Positions 47,240-56,241 of a stretch of 64,000 bases of DNA are shown one piece after another (positions within the stretch are counted from its first letter, which is position 1; every line of letters starts with the position of its first letter). The position numbers and the translations under genes are program-made. The DNA is taken from positions 1 through 64,000 of the forward strand of contig CBDCGH010000022.1 in NCBI GenBank assembly GCA_965216615.1, in the 5' to 3' direction. The notes beneath the pieces are model-generated. The model was not told the origin of the DNA, did no database searches, and saw only the letters and a program-made list of their open reading frames with translations. This DNA comes from Vicinamibacterales bacterium. GTDB taxonomy: Bacteria > Acidobacteriota > Vicinamibacteria > Vicinamibacterales > UBA8438.

Positions 47240-49720
47240 CTAGAGTTCCCCGACGCCGTACCAGCCGTTCAACTGTTCGACCAGGGCCCGGATCTTGGCG
47301 CGAGATCTGCGCCGGGTAGCTTCGTCCAACCGCAGCGATTCCGTGTTGCTGTCCATGGTCAGGTCGTAGAGGTAGTCTCGGTAGTTCACAGAATCGAGAA
47401 TGTAGAAGGACCGACCGCCCTCTGAGATGATGCCGTATACGGGACCGTAGCTCGACGCCATCAAGTGATCGGACATGACATAGTCGCGTCGCTCATCGGC
47501 GCGATGAGTGAAGAGAGAGCGTCCAAACATCGGGCCGATCTCATCCGGTTTGAATCCAAGCAGTGTCTGCAGCGTTGGCGAGAGATCGGTCGTGAACGCC
47601 AGGCCGCCGGTGTCCACGCCAAGCCCGTCGACGAGGCCATCGGGAACCCGCATGATCAGCGGCACCCTGACGATCTCCGGGAAGATGGTGTACGCGTGAC
47701 CAAAGCGCCCCTCCTCACCCAGCGAGTCGCCGTGATCCGAGGTGAGAATGATGACACTGTCTCCGTAGAGGTCCTCTTTCTTGAGGTGTTCCACAAAGCG
47801 CCCGAAGCAGGTATCGATCTGGCGTAGTCGGGATGCATAGGGGGCGTAGAACGCTTCGTAGTCTGTGTCGTCGACAGCTTCGACACCGCCGCGGTTAATT
47901 GTGGCGATATGGATATTCTGCGGCTGGGTGTAGGCGAAGAAGGGGCCGTCTTGGTCGGTGCGCGCAGACAGCCTCTCTTGCAGCTCATCCAGCGATCGAC
48001 AGAGCTCGATCTCCCCGGCCTTTCGTCCCTTGTCGAGCTCGGTGACCCAGCCTTCCGTTTCGAGGATCTTGTCCAGAATCGGGTCAACGCTGATGAAGGC
48101 CTCATACCCCTGTGACCTGAGAAGGGTCTGGAGTGAGTTCATCGGTGCGAACGGTGACACGTACTGCTTGTGCGGGAGCAGCCCGCCGACCCAAATCGAT
48201 GGTTCCGACAGGCCGGTGGCGCCGTAGCGCGAGAACGCCTGTTCGAAGACCAGGCCGTCACTCGCGAAGGCGTCAATGCTCGGCGTGAACGTCACATCCG
48301 GGTTGTAGCTGCCCAGGTAGTCGCGGCGGAGGCTGTCGACCACGACGATGAAGATGTGTGGTCTGGCGGTGGCCGTGGCTGATGCGTCAGCCACGAAACG
48401 GACGTCACGAGGCGTCAGGTTGACACTCTGTGGAATGCCGGTGTAGGCCTGCAGGTACTTGAAGAGCTCCACATCCGACTCTGTGTTTGCCGCACGAGGC
48501 TGGAGCCACGATCGCAAGAGGCCGGCCGACACATCGTATCCGGTGTACCGCTCGACGACCCCCTCGACAGCCGGCGGTGCCGAGGCTCCGCGAAAGATGC
48601 CGAGGGCGCCGAGCGGGATGATGGCCGAAACGACCAGTCCCTGCAGTGTGTGCGCGTGGCCTCGAATCATCGCGTGGAACGCCGCAAAGGCGGCGACCCA
48701 GACGGCAACCATGCAGAGCCGCTGGAGCAGGAAGTTCCAGTCGATCGGTGCCAAGCTCGTCATGAGGAGCCAAGCAGACACCCCAACGAGACTGAGCCAG
48801 ACCCACGCAAACGACGTTGAGCGTTCCCCCACCGGTGTCACCGCCCCGAACACCAAGGCGAACCCATCGGAAAGGGGTTCATCTTCGTCAAGACGGTGGC
48901 GGGCGTTCAGCCCAACGAGAGACACGACAAGTGCACCGGCCAGCGTTGCCGCGGCGACGTCGGCGAAGCCGCCAGTGAACGCGAGCCCCGCGAAGACGGT
49001 GCCGTGAATCACGCCGGCCAGAAACACTATCGACAGGAAGGCAAGCAGCAGCGCTTCTACTCGAGCCGGCTGCCGACTCAGCGCGACGATCCCACGTAGC
49101 AGGAGGAGACATGTACAGACGCCCAGAAACAGGATGAGGTGCGCGGAGAAGCTCCACGCGGCGGCGACACCCAGCTCAGCGGCGGTCAGGCTCGTAGCGA
49201 TCCCGGGCCGGGCGATAGCGACCGCGGTCGAAATGACCCAGCTGAACATCGCCGCCATGCCTGCCGAGATGAGCAGGCGGCTCTCGCCCGCGGGAGTCTT
49301 TGACCATCGACCACGTCCACGCGTGGCGACGAGATCGATCCCCGCGACCCAAAGAAGCGGCACCAATGCGACTTGACTCCAGATGAAGGCGCTCAGGTTG
49401 TTCTCCAGGTGCGGAAGAACGGGACGGATCAGCAGCAGCGCGCCACCGGCGACCATGGCCACCCTGAAGCCACGCTGCAGGAGCCGGGTAGTCGATCGGG
49501 CGTTCGCGTGCCGAACGCTGACATCCATGAGCCACGCGACTGGCAAGAAGAGCCAGGCGTGTGCGTGTTCGAAAAACACCAGCGCTGGCACGAGCTCGCT
49601 CTCGAGCAGCTGTACGTAGGTGAACGGCATGAAGTACAGGAGGCAATACACGCAGGTCAGACCGAAGTACCCAACAGCGATGATCCGCGCAAGCAACGTT
49701 TGCCAGGTCTTGATGGTCAT
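47240..49720 (-). CDS. Membrane-anchored sulfatase/alkaline-phosphatase-superfamily transferase (LTA-synthase / phosphoethanolamine- or phosphoglycerol-transferase-like)
   Basis: N-terminal ~430 aa with ~10-12 TM helices. C-terminal periplasmic domain with IFIVVVDSLRRDY (metal-binding/nucleophile region) and LTSDHGDSLGEEG motifs. Its ATG overlaps the upstream TPR gene stop (ATGA). Confidence 0.8.
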   Translation of the reverse strand: MTIKTWQTLLARIIAVGYFGLTCVYCLLYFMPFTYVQLLESELVPALVFFEHAHAWLFLPVAWLMDVSVRHANARSTTRLLQRGFRVAMVAGGALLLIRPVLPHLENNLSAFIWSQVALVPLLWVAGIDLVATRGRGRWSKTPAGESRLLISAGMAAMFSWVISTAVAIARPGIATSLTAAELGVAAAWSFSAHLILFLGVCTCLLLLRGIVALSRQPARVEALLLAFLSIVFLAGVIHGTVFAGLAFTGGFADVAAATLAGALVVSLVGLNARHRLDEDEPLSDGFALVFGAVTPVGERSTSFAWVWLSLVGVSAWLLMTSLAPIDWNFLLQRLCMVAVWVAAFAAFHAMIRGHAHTLQGLVVSAIIPLGALGIFRGASAPPAVEGVVERYTGYDVSAGLLRSWLQPRAANTESDVELFKYLQAYTGIPQSVNLTPRDVRFVADASATATARPHIFIVVVDSLRRDYLGSYNPDVTFTPSIDAFASDGLVFEQAFSRYGATGLSEPSIWVGGLLPHKQYVSPFAPMNSLQTLLRSQGYEAFISVDPILDKILETEGWVTELDKGRKAGEIELCRSLDELQERLSARTDQDGPFFAYTQPQNIHIATINRGGVEAVDDTDYEAFYAPYASRLRQIDTCFGRFVEHLKKEDLYGDSVIILTSDHGDSLGEEGRFGHAYTIFPEIVRVPLIMRVPDGLVDGLGVDTGGLAFTTDLSPTLQTLLGFKPDEIGPMFGRSLFTHRADERRDYVMSDHLMASSYGPVYGIISEGGRSFYILDSVNYRDYLYDLTMDSNTESLRLDEATRRRSRAKIRALVEQLNGWYGVGEL

Positions 49721-50814
49721 CAGGTCGCCTGACGGGCACGGTCGCGCGCCCTCTTCGCGTCCGCACGTTTTGGCTCGAGCTCCAGGACCCGGTCGTATTG
49801 GCCGACGGCATCGGCAAAACGTCCTTGCGCCTCAGCGATCTGACCGAGCAACAAGTAGGCGTCTCCGTACTGCGGGCTCTGAATCAGGACTTGCTCGGCA
49901 CGCTCCCGTGCCTCGTCGAAACGCTCGAGTCGTGACAGGGCCATGGCGAGGACCAGCAGGGCGTCGACGTGATCGGGGTTCCTCCTCACTTCCTCGTGTG
50001 CGAGCGCGCGGGCGGTCTCGAAGTCACCCGCCCAGAGTGTGAGGCGCGCGAGGCCGATGGCCATCCCTGAGTAATCGGGCGAGGTGGCCAGTCCGTCCGC
50101 GTAAACGTCCCGAGCCTCCGCATGTCGGCCTTGGCGTTCCAGGGAGAGACCTAATGCGAACTGCGCGTCGGGGAGCTCTGGTGTTTCGCTCAACAGACGC
50201 CGGAGTGTGGTTTCGGCCTCCACCGACCGACCGCTACGGAGGAGGAGCCGGGCGCTTCCAATGTGGAAGTCGAGATACTCGGGTGCCATATCTGCGCCCC
50301 GGGCGAGTACGGCACTGGCCTCCTCTAGGTCTCCGATCCGTTCGAGCATCAGTCCCGCTGCTAGCACGTGGTCGGGGTTCGAGGGCTCGACCTCCATACA
50401 GCGACGATAGCTGTCCAGCGCCTTCCTTGGCTCCCCCGCAGCGACGTAGGTGTCGCCGATCGTCGGACAGGCTCCCGACCCAACCGGTGCCCGATCCATG
50501 TAGAGCTCCATCATCGAGGCAGCGGCCGCGTGGTTTCCGTTGGCGAGATGTGCCTCGGCCAAGCTCCACATATAGATGTGGTTGTTGGGGTACACCTCGA
50601 GAAGCGCCGTAAGTTTGTCAACCGCTTCCCCGCCCCGGTCCTCTTCGATGAGTGCGTCGGCTTCGGCCGCGAGCCGTCTGGATTCAGCAAGTGACAAGCC
50701 ACCGGGGCCACTGTCCGGCGCGCCCTCGGTGACAGGGAGACCGCCCGCGACGGTCCACACGTAGGCCAGCAGCACGACACCCGGGGATGCAATGCGAATC
50801 AGCGCTGACGCCAT
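49720..50814 (-). CDS. TPR-repeat protein with N-terminal signal anchor
   Basis: MASALIRIASPGVVLLAYVWTVAGG signal/TM, then ~8 TPR units (e.g. AEAHLANGNHAAAASMMELYMDRAP, AQFALGLSLERQGRHAEARDVYADGL). It starts 2 nt after the upstream stop. Confidence 0.78.
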   Translation of the reverse strand: MASALIRIASPGVVLLAYVWTVAGGLPVTEGAPDSGPGGLSLAESRRLAAEADALIEEDRGGEAVDKLTALLEVYPNNHIYMWSLAEAHLANGNHAAAASMMELYMDRAPVGSGACPTIGDTYVAAGEPRKALDSYRRCMEVEPSNPDHVLAAGLMLERIGDLEEASAVLARGADMAPEYLDFHIGSARLLLRSGRSVEAETTLRRLLSETPELPDAQFALGLSLERQGRHAEARDVYADGLATSPDYSGMAIGLARLTLWAGDFETARALAHEEVRRNPDHVDALLVLAMALSRLERFDEARERAEQVLIQSPQYGDAYLLLGQIAEAQGRFADAVGQYDRVLELEPKRADAKRARDRARQAT

Positions 50815-50816
50815 GT

Positions 50817-52079
50817 CTAGAATCGAACTCCGAGGCCACTGGAGACGGAGAATTGCCAGAGGTCGGATAATCCCGCTCGCCCTTCGCGACTGGCGCTCCC
50901 AGAGACCCACAGATCGAGGGTGCCGACCGGAACCGACCATTCAGCTGCAAACGTGTCCGAGCTCAGGTCTGCAATGTCGGTCAGATTTCGTACCTCATCG
51001 CGATAGGCTCCGCGCCCGTAACGCAAGCCGTAGTAACCGACGCCATCCGACCGGTACCGCCGAGCGATCGCGTGCACCGACGTCGATGGCCCGAGGGTGT
51101 TGGGCGTGACGAAGACGCGACTCGTATACATCCAGTTCCCTCGGTACTTGGTGAGCGACCCGACATAGATCGTCACGGCACTCGTGAATTGCATCCGGCG
51201 GAAGCCTCCCGATGCCTCGTAGCCGCCTCCCAAACTCTGATAGAGATCGAACCCGACGCGGTACGAGGGAAAGAGGATGGATTCCGGTGCGAACGCGCCG
51301 CTGACGTACGCGTAGGTTCCCGGTCGGAAGCGAGGGTACATGTCGACTTCGACCTGGTGGTCGGTGTACCCGAACCGCTCGGCCCGGTAGACGCGGCCGA
51401 TCACCGATCCCACCTTCGTCTGACGGGTGAGACCGTAGCGCGTTTCCCGCCAGGCCCCTCGTCCGTCACTGAACGAATCGAAGGAATACGCGACATCGCC
51501 GCGCCAGAACCGTCGCGTGTCTCGAAGCGATCGGCGAAGTCCACGTGCCGTCTCATTTTCGGGATCGATGCGGACGGCCGCATTGACGGCATCCAGGGCC
51601 TCGTCTTCGCGCGACAGATTCCAAAGAGCCCGCGCGCGTGTAATCAGCAGGGCCGCGTTGTCCGGGTGCTTCGTGAGGCCGACAACCGAGAGGGACTCGG
51701 CCTTCGCGTGCTGTCCCGACCACAATTCGAGGTTCGCCATCGCCGGCAAAGCGTCCCCATGCGTGGGATTGCCGTCCAGCACGAACTGAAGGTGCCCGCG
51801 CGCCTCATCATAGGACCCGTCCCACGACAGTACCGTGCCCAATAATGTACGCGCGTCCGTATCGCTCGGGTGGCGCTCGATGTGTGCCCTCAGAAGGCGA
51901 ATCGCCTCCTTTCGATCACCCGACCTGGCGCTGAGTCGGGCCGAGGCCACGGGGTCGTCTGGAGTTGTTTGAGCCCAGACGGGCCCGGCGGTGAGCAACA
52001 GCAAACCCGCCAGAATAGCGCCGCAGCGTGCAATGGTCATCCCCTTCAGGGAATCGGCCATGAGTGGCACCATCTTCAT
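50817..52079 (-). CDS. Outer-membrane protein: N-terminal TPR repeats plus C-terminal YaiO-like beta-barrel (PgaA/BcsC-type exporter architecture)
   Basis: Signal peptide, ~170 aa of TPR, then ~230 aa of alternating-hydrophobic beta-strand sequence ending in ...GLGVRF (terminal aromatic, OMP signature). Its ATG overlaps the stop of the upstream GT2 synthase (ATGA). Confidence 0.7.
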   Translation of the reverse strand: MKMVPLMADSLKGMTIARCGAILAGLLLLTAGPVWAQTTPDDPVASARLSARSGDRKEAIRLLRAHIERHPSDTDARTLLGTVLSWDGSYDEARGHLQFVLDGNPTHGDALPAMANLELWSGQHAKAESLSVVGLTKHPDNAALLITRARALWNLSREDEALDAVNAAVRIDPENETARGLRRSLRDTRRFWRGDVAYSFDSFSDGRGAWRETRYGLTRQTKVGSVIGRVYRAERFGYTDHQVEVDMYPRFRPGTYAYVSGAFAPESILFPSYRVGFDLYQSLGGGYEASGGFRRMQFTSAVTIYVGSLTKYRGNWMYTSRVFVTPNTLGPSTSVHAIARRYRSDGVGYYGLRYGRGAYRDEVRNLTDIADLSSDTFAAEWSVPVGTLDLWVSGSASREGRAGLSDLWQFSVSSGLGVRF

Positions 52080-53515
52080 GCCCCTGTTGGCCGCGAAACC
52101 GTCGTCGACCCAAATCCGCGTCGCGTCATGACGCCCCAACCAGTCTTCCCGCGTAGCGCGTCGACCAGGCCTTTGGTCCGCCAGATCGCGGTGAGCTGCC
52201 GGTAGCCAAAACCCTCCAGCACCGATGCCGCCAGCAGCTTCGCCACGTCCTTCGGAGCTGGGTACCGCCGTATGGTCATGTCTTCGAGCAGGACCGATCC
52301 AACCGAAAGTAGGATGCCGAAAATGACAGAGACCAAGAAGAACAGGAGGGCCACCTCGACCGACACGATTCCGAGGCCCAACCCAATCAGCGTCAGTAGG
52401 TATCCGAGGAGCTCGACGACCGGGCCGAGCATCTCGAACATGACGAAGTACGGCATCGCGAACATTCCGACGACGCCATAGGCTGGGTTCAGCAACATCG
52501 ACTTGTGCGCAGACAGGCTCTCAACGGTTCCCCGCTGCCAGCGATTCCGCTGACGGTGCAGGATTTTGAGCGTGTCAGGCACCTCGGTCCAGCAGACCGG
52601 ATCCGGAACGAACACGATGCGATATGGTCTGCGCTCGCGACGTGCGCGATGGTGCAGGCGGAGGACGAGCTCCATATCTTCACCGACCGTCGATCGCGAG
52701 AAGCCGCCGACCTCGACGACCGCCTCGCGCTTGAACAGCCCGAACGCGCCGGAGATGAGCAGCAGTGCGTTCATGAAGCTAAACGCCACTCGTCCACCCA
52801 GGAACGCCCGGAGGTATTCAACGGTCTGGAAGAGGGTGAGCGCCCGCCTCGGGGTCGACACTTCCACCACGCGACCGTGGCGCACACGGCACCCGTTGAC
52901 GACTCGGACAATCCCGCCGGTCGCCAGTGTGCTCTCGTCTTCCAGAAACGGACGCACCACCGCGAAAAGCGATCCCGGCTCGAGGAGCGAGTCGGCGTCG
53001 ACCGCCGCGATCAATGTTGATCGCGCGACCCGCAGGCCGGCGTTCAGCGCGTCGGACTTTCCGCCGTTCTCCTTGTCAACGACGATCAGCGGGATCGGAT
53101 CGCGAGACTCGTACACGGCCCGTATCGGTTCACTGGCGAGTGTCTCAGAGGGTGTCCGACTTGATCGATACAGCCGGAACTCCTCAATGAGCGTTGCCAG
53201 TGTCTCGTCCGTCGAGCCATCATTCACAACGATTACCGTCAGCGCCGGGTACTCGAGACTGAGGAACGACCGTACGCTCTCTCGAATCGAGGTCGCTTCG
53301 TTGTAGGCGGGCGCGATCACCGAGACACTCGGGAGTAGCGAGGACTGCATCAACGCGTCTCGTTCCGTTCGACCGAGGCGTCCCCGATCGCGTCGCAGCG
53401 CAAAGTACCCGAGCGCCATCAGCACGAAGTAGATGAGGTTGATGCTTGCGACGTACAGCACAATTCCGAGTTCGACTCGGATGAACACCCACTGGAAGAC
53501 GGTCTGCCACTCCAT
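52076..53515 (-). CDS. Processive GT2 polysaccharide synthase (PgaC/IcaA/NodC/cellulose-synthase-like, membrane-embedded)
   Basis: N-terminal TM pair, then GT-A core with DAD (VVNDGSTDET), DxD (AVDADS), TED-like (GEDMEL) and QRNRWQRG (QxxRW) motifs, then C-terminal TM helices. Its ATG at 53515 overlaps the TAA of the upstream gene by 1 nt. Confidence 0.85.
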   Translation of the reverse strand: MEWQTVFQWVFIRVELGIVLYVASINLIYFVLMALGYFALRRDRGRLGRTERDALMQSSLLPSVSVIAPAYNEATSIRESVRSFLSLEYPALTVIVVNDGSTDETLATLIEEFRLYRSSRTPSETLASEPIRAVYESRDPIPLIVVDKENGGKSDALNAGLRVARSTLIAAVDADSLLEPGSLFAVVRPFLEDESTLATGGIVRVVNGCRVRHGRVVEVSTPRRALTLFQTVEYLRAFLGGRVAFSFMNALLLISGAFGLFKREAVVEVGGFSRSTVGEDMELVLRLHHRARRERRPYRIVFVPDPVCWTEVPDTLKILHRQRNRWQRGTVESLSAHKSMLLNPAYGVVGMFAMPYFVMFEMLGPVVELLGYLLTLIGLGLGIVSVEVALLFFLVSVIFGILLSVGSVLLEDMTIRRYPAPKDVAKLLAASVLEGFGYRQLTAIWRTKGLVDALRGKTGWGVMTRRGFGSTTVSRPTGA

Positions 53516-54705
53516 TAGATCGTCGCTAGCTGTAGCCGTCCGATACGCGCCTTCTCCGCAACTTCGGCGGCAATTTGGTTCCGGTCGGCGTCGTCCTGGT
53601 TGGCGGCCCGCTCGAGCGCGACAACGCCGTCGGTCCCGAGCTGCGCGAGTGCCACGGCGGCGGACAGCTGAAGGCGGGGATCTGGTGCCGCGAGGCATTC
53701 TTCGAGCCTTGCCGCCAATGCCCGGACCTTCATTCGGCCCACGACGGACGCGGCGGCGGCGCGCACGTCGTCGGCCTCATCGGACAGCCCTCGCTCGAGG
53801 GACGACACCAGCTCTCCGAGACCATCGACTTGTGGCAGGGTGGCCACGGCGAGCGCTCGCACACGCGGGTCAGGATGCTCATGAAGGGGGGTGACAGCGT
53901 CGGGTGTCAATCTGACCTGCCAGAGCTTCACGAACTGGAGCACGGCCACCAACGCATCCGGTTCGTGCGACGTCAGCGCGATCGGGATGGCTCGCCTCTC
54001 GAGAACCGCCGCCGACCCTTCCATCGCCTGGCCGAGAATGGCTCGGCTCCAAGGCGATAGCTGAGCCGCGTACTCCAACACGTGCTCCAGGTCGTGCGGG
54101 TGCCCGTGGCGGACCAGCGCGTGAGCGGCGGCGAGCTGAACGTCCACGTCATCGTCGTCGAGCGCTCGTCGCAGCGCTCGGCGGGTCCGCAACGTCGGGA
54201 TGAAGCCGATCGCTCGTACGGCGGCCAGGCGTCGACGAACGACGCCCGAACGCACCCCCTGCAACCAGCGATTCGCAATGCCAAGCTGCTCGGCCACGTG
54301 GGCCAGGCGCTCGCGCGGCTTGCCATCGACGAGCGTGAGCACCTCGAAGATGGTCTCCCGGAAGATTCGCGGATAGCGTCGGTACTGCCCGACAACCGTG
54401 CTCATCCCGGCTTGGCCGAGCGCGTACTCGGTCAGTGCCGCGCGAATGGACTGTGTTTCCCGGTCGGCCCGCTGACGAGCGAGATGTGCCCGCCACTTGC
54501 TTCCCATGAGGTGCAGTGAGATCGCCCCAGCTGCCAGCAGATGGGTCAAGCCGAAGGCGACGCCTAGCCGGAGGGGATACGACGAGGAGATCTCGGAGAG
54601 GACGCCGGACTCGAGCCACAGCGTGACGCCCACGACGGAGGCGGCCGCGGCGGTGGCCTGGAGCCAGATCGTGATCCGAGCGCGCCGTGAAAGATGGACA
54701 CTCAC
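53515..54705 (-). CDS. Membrane-anchored HEAT/PBS-lyase-repeat protein
   Basis: Two or three N-terminal TM helices, then repeated alpha-helical HEAT-like units (e.g. VRRRLAAVRAIGFIPT, VQLAAAHALVRHGHP, PRVRALAVATL, VRAAAASVVGRM, LQLSAAVALAQLG). Confidence 0.65.
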   Translation of the reverse strand: MSVHLSRRARITIWLQATAAAASVVGVTLWLESGVLSEISSSYPLRLGVAFGLTHLLAAGAISLHLMGSKWRAHLARQRADRETQSIRAALTEYALGQAGMSTVVGQYRRYPRIFRETIFEVLTLVDGKPRERLAHVAEQLGIANRWLQGVRSGVVRRRLAAVRAIGFIPTLRTRRALRRALDDDDVDVQLAAAHALVRHGHPHDLEHVLEYAAQLSPWSRAILGQAMEGSAAVLERRAIPIALTSHEPDALVAVLQFVKLWQVRLTPDAVTPLHEHPDPRVRALAVATLPQVDGLGELVSSLERGLSDEADDVRAAAASVVGRMKVRALAARLEECLAAPDPRLQLSAAVALAQLGTDGVVALERAANQDDADRNQIAAEVAEKARIGRLQLATI

Positions 54706-54714
54706 GGACTCGGC

Positions 54715-56241
54715 TCAGGCCGCAACAGGTCGGTGATCGTCGTCGAGGATGCGCCGCACCCTCATCGCGACCTCAATTGGGTTGAAGGGCTTCGACACAT
54801 AGTCTGCGGCGCCTAGGGCAAAGCCATGCAGCACGTCGGATTCCTGGCTGCGGGCCGTGACCATGACTACCGGAATCGACCGGGTGGTGCTGCTGCTCTT
54901 CATATGCGACAGCACCTCGAACCCGGTCATCCCGGGCATGTTGACGTCGAGGATGACAACGGCCGGCTGACGCCGTTGAATCTGGGCCAGGGCCTCGCCT
55001 CCGGACATGACGACGTGACATTCGAACTCGTAGCTCGTGAGCGTGTGCTCGAGGAGCGCCGTCACGGTCGGGTCGTCATCGGCGATGATGACCAGGCGAT
55101 TGTCGGAGGTGAGTCCGGTCGGGTTACGCCGGTCGGCAGACAACAGCCGGTATGCTCTCAGCAGCAGCTCATCAGGCGTTACTGGACAGACCACGACGTC
55201 ATCCCCATGGGCAAGCCCCGTGCTCAGCGACACGGTGTCGGGGGGACCAACGTACAGCGTGGGTTTGCCGTGGTCACGTGGCGCCTGGTCATGCTCGTCG
55301 GACCGGTCCGTGTGGACCCTCTGGAGCACGAGATCAAAATGGCTCAACCGCTCGACATCCATCTCCGTCGGGTCGGCTGATTCCACGACTCGGGCGAACG
55401 CCCCGGCCGCTTCGAATGTGTGTGCCAGCCGGCTCGCGTCGTTGTGATCGAAGCCCACGGTGGCAATCCGCGAACAGGCCAGCGCGCCCTTCACTTGTTC
55501 GACCACATCGGGAGTGGGAGGCCGGGCATCAGCCTCGAACGACCCGTGATCGTGGCGCGTTGGAGGCTCCGCCTCGAACAGGCCCCTGATGGCCCGCAGA
55601 TTGGACGTGAGTCGCTGCGGCTCGTCCGGAAAGGCCGCGATGTCTGTTTCTATCTGGCGGGCGAGCTCGGTGACGTTCGGGTACCCGAACGTCCCCCCGC
55701 GGCCGACCCAGCGATGGGCGATATGTTCGGCCTCGGTCCGATTGAACGAAGCTGGGTCGTCGAGCATCGACAAGAGCGCATCAGTTTCCCGCAACCCATC
55801 CGACACGAATTCGTCCGCAAGCTGGTCAGCCAGGGACGACGGCTCGGCCTCGGCGGTCGCGGGATCCAGCCTGCCGCTGTCCTGGAGAATCCGGATGACA
55901 CGCGCGGAGAGCTCGTCCGGATCGAACGGCTTTCCAATGACGTCGGCCACATCGAGCGCTTGGAGCTCCGCGACATCAGCGACGCTGGTCTTGGCTGTAA
56001 AGAAGGCGATCAGAGACTGCCGGGCGGTGGGATTCTTGCGAAGCTCTTCGAGTACGGCTCGGCCTGGCATGTCGGGCATGAGCTGGTCGAGCAGGATCAG
56101 GTCGAAGGTGTTGGCCCGTGCCAGCGCGACACCCTCGCGTCCGTCGCGAGCGGTTGTCACCTCGAAACCGTCGTTGTGTTCCAAGGACGTCGCCGCGAGA
56201 AGGCGGATCGCCGGATCGTCGTCGATGATCAGGATCCTCAT
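54715..56241 (-). CDS. Multi-domain response regulator: REC - Hpt-like - unknown - REC
   Basis: N-terminal receiver (MRILIIDDDPA...LILLDQLMPDMPG...K), internal Hpt-like motif (AEHIAHRWVGRGGTFGYPNVTELARQIE), C-terminal receiver (LVIIADDDPT...VVILDVNMPGMTG...K). Confidence 0.8.
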   Translation of the reverse strand: MRILIIDDDPAIRLLAATSLEHNDGFEVTTARDGREGVALARANTFDLILLDQLMPDMPGRAVLEELRKNPTARQSLIAFFTAKTSVADVAELQALDVADVIGKPFDPDELSARVIRILQDSGRLDPATAEAEPSSLADQLADEFVSDGLRETDALLSMLDDPASFNRTEAEHIAHRWVGRGGTFGYPNVTELARQIETDIAAFPDEPQRLTSNLRAIRGLFEAEPPTRHDHGSFEADARPPTPDVVEQVKGALACSRIATVGFDHNDASRLAHTFEAAGAFARVVESADPTEMDVERLSHFDLVLQRVHTDRSDEHDQAPRDHGKPTLYVGPPDTVSLSTGLAHGDDVVVCPVTPDELLLRAYRLLSADRRNPTGLTSDNRLVIIADDDPTVTALLEHTLTSYEFECHVVMSGGEALAQIQRRQPAVVILDVNMPGMTGFEVLSHMKSSSTTRSIPVVMVTARSQESDVLHGFALGAADYVSKPFNPIEVAMRVRRILDDDHRPVAA

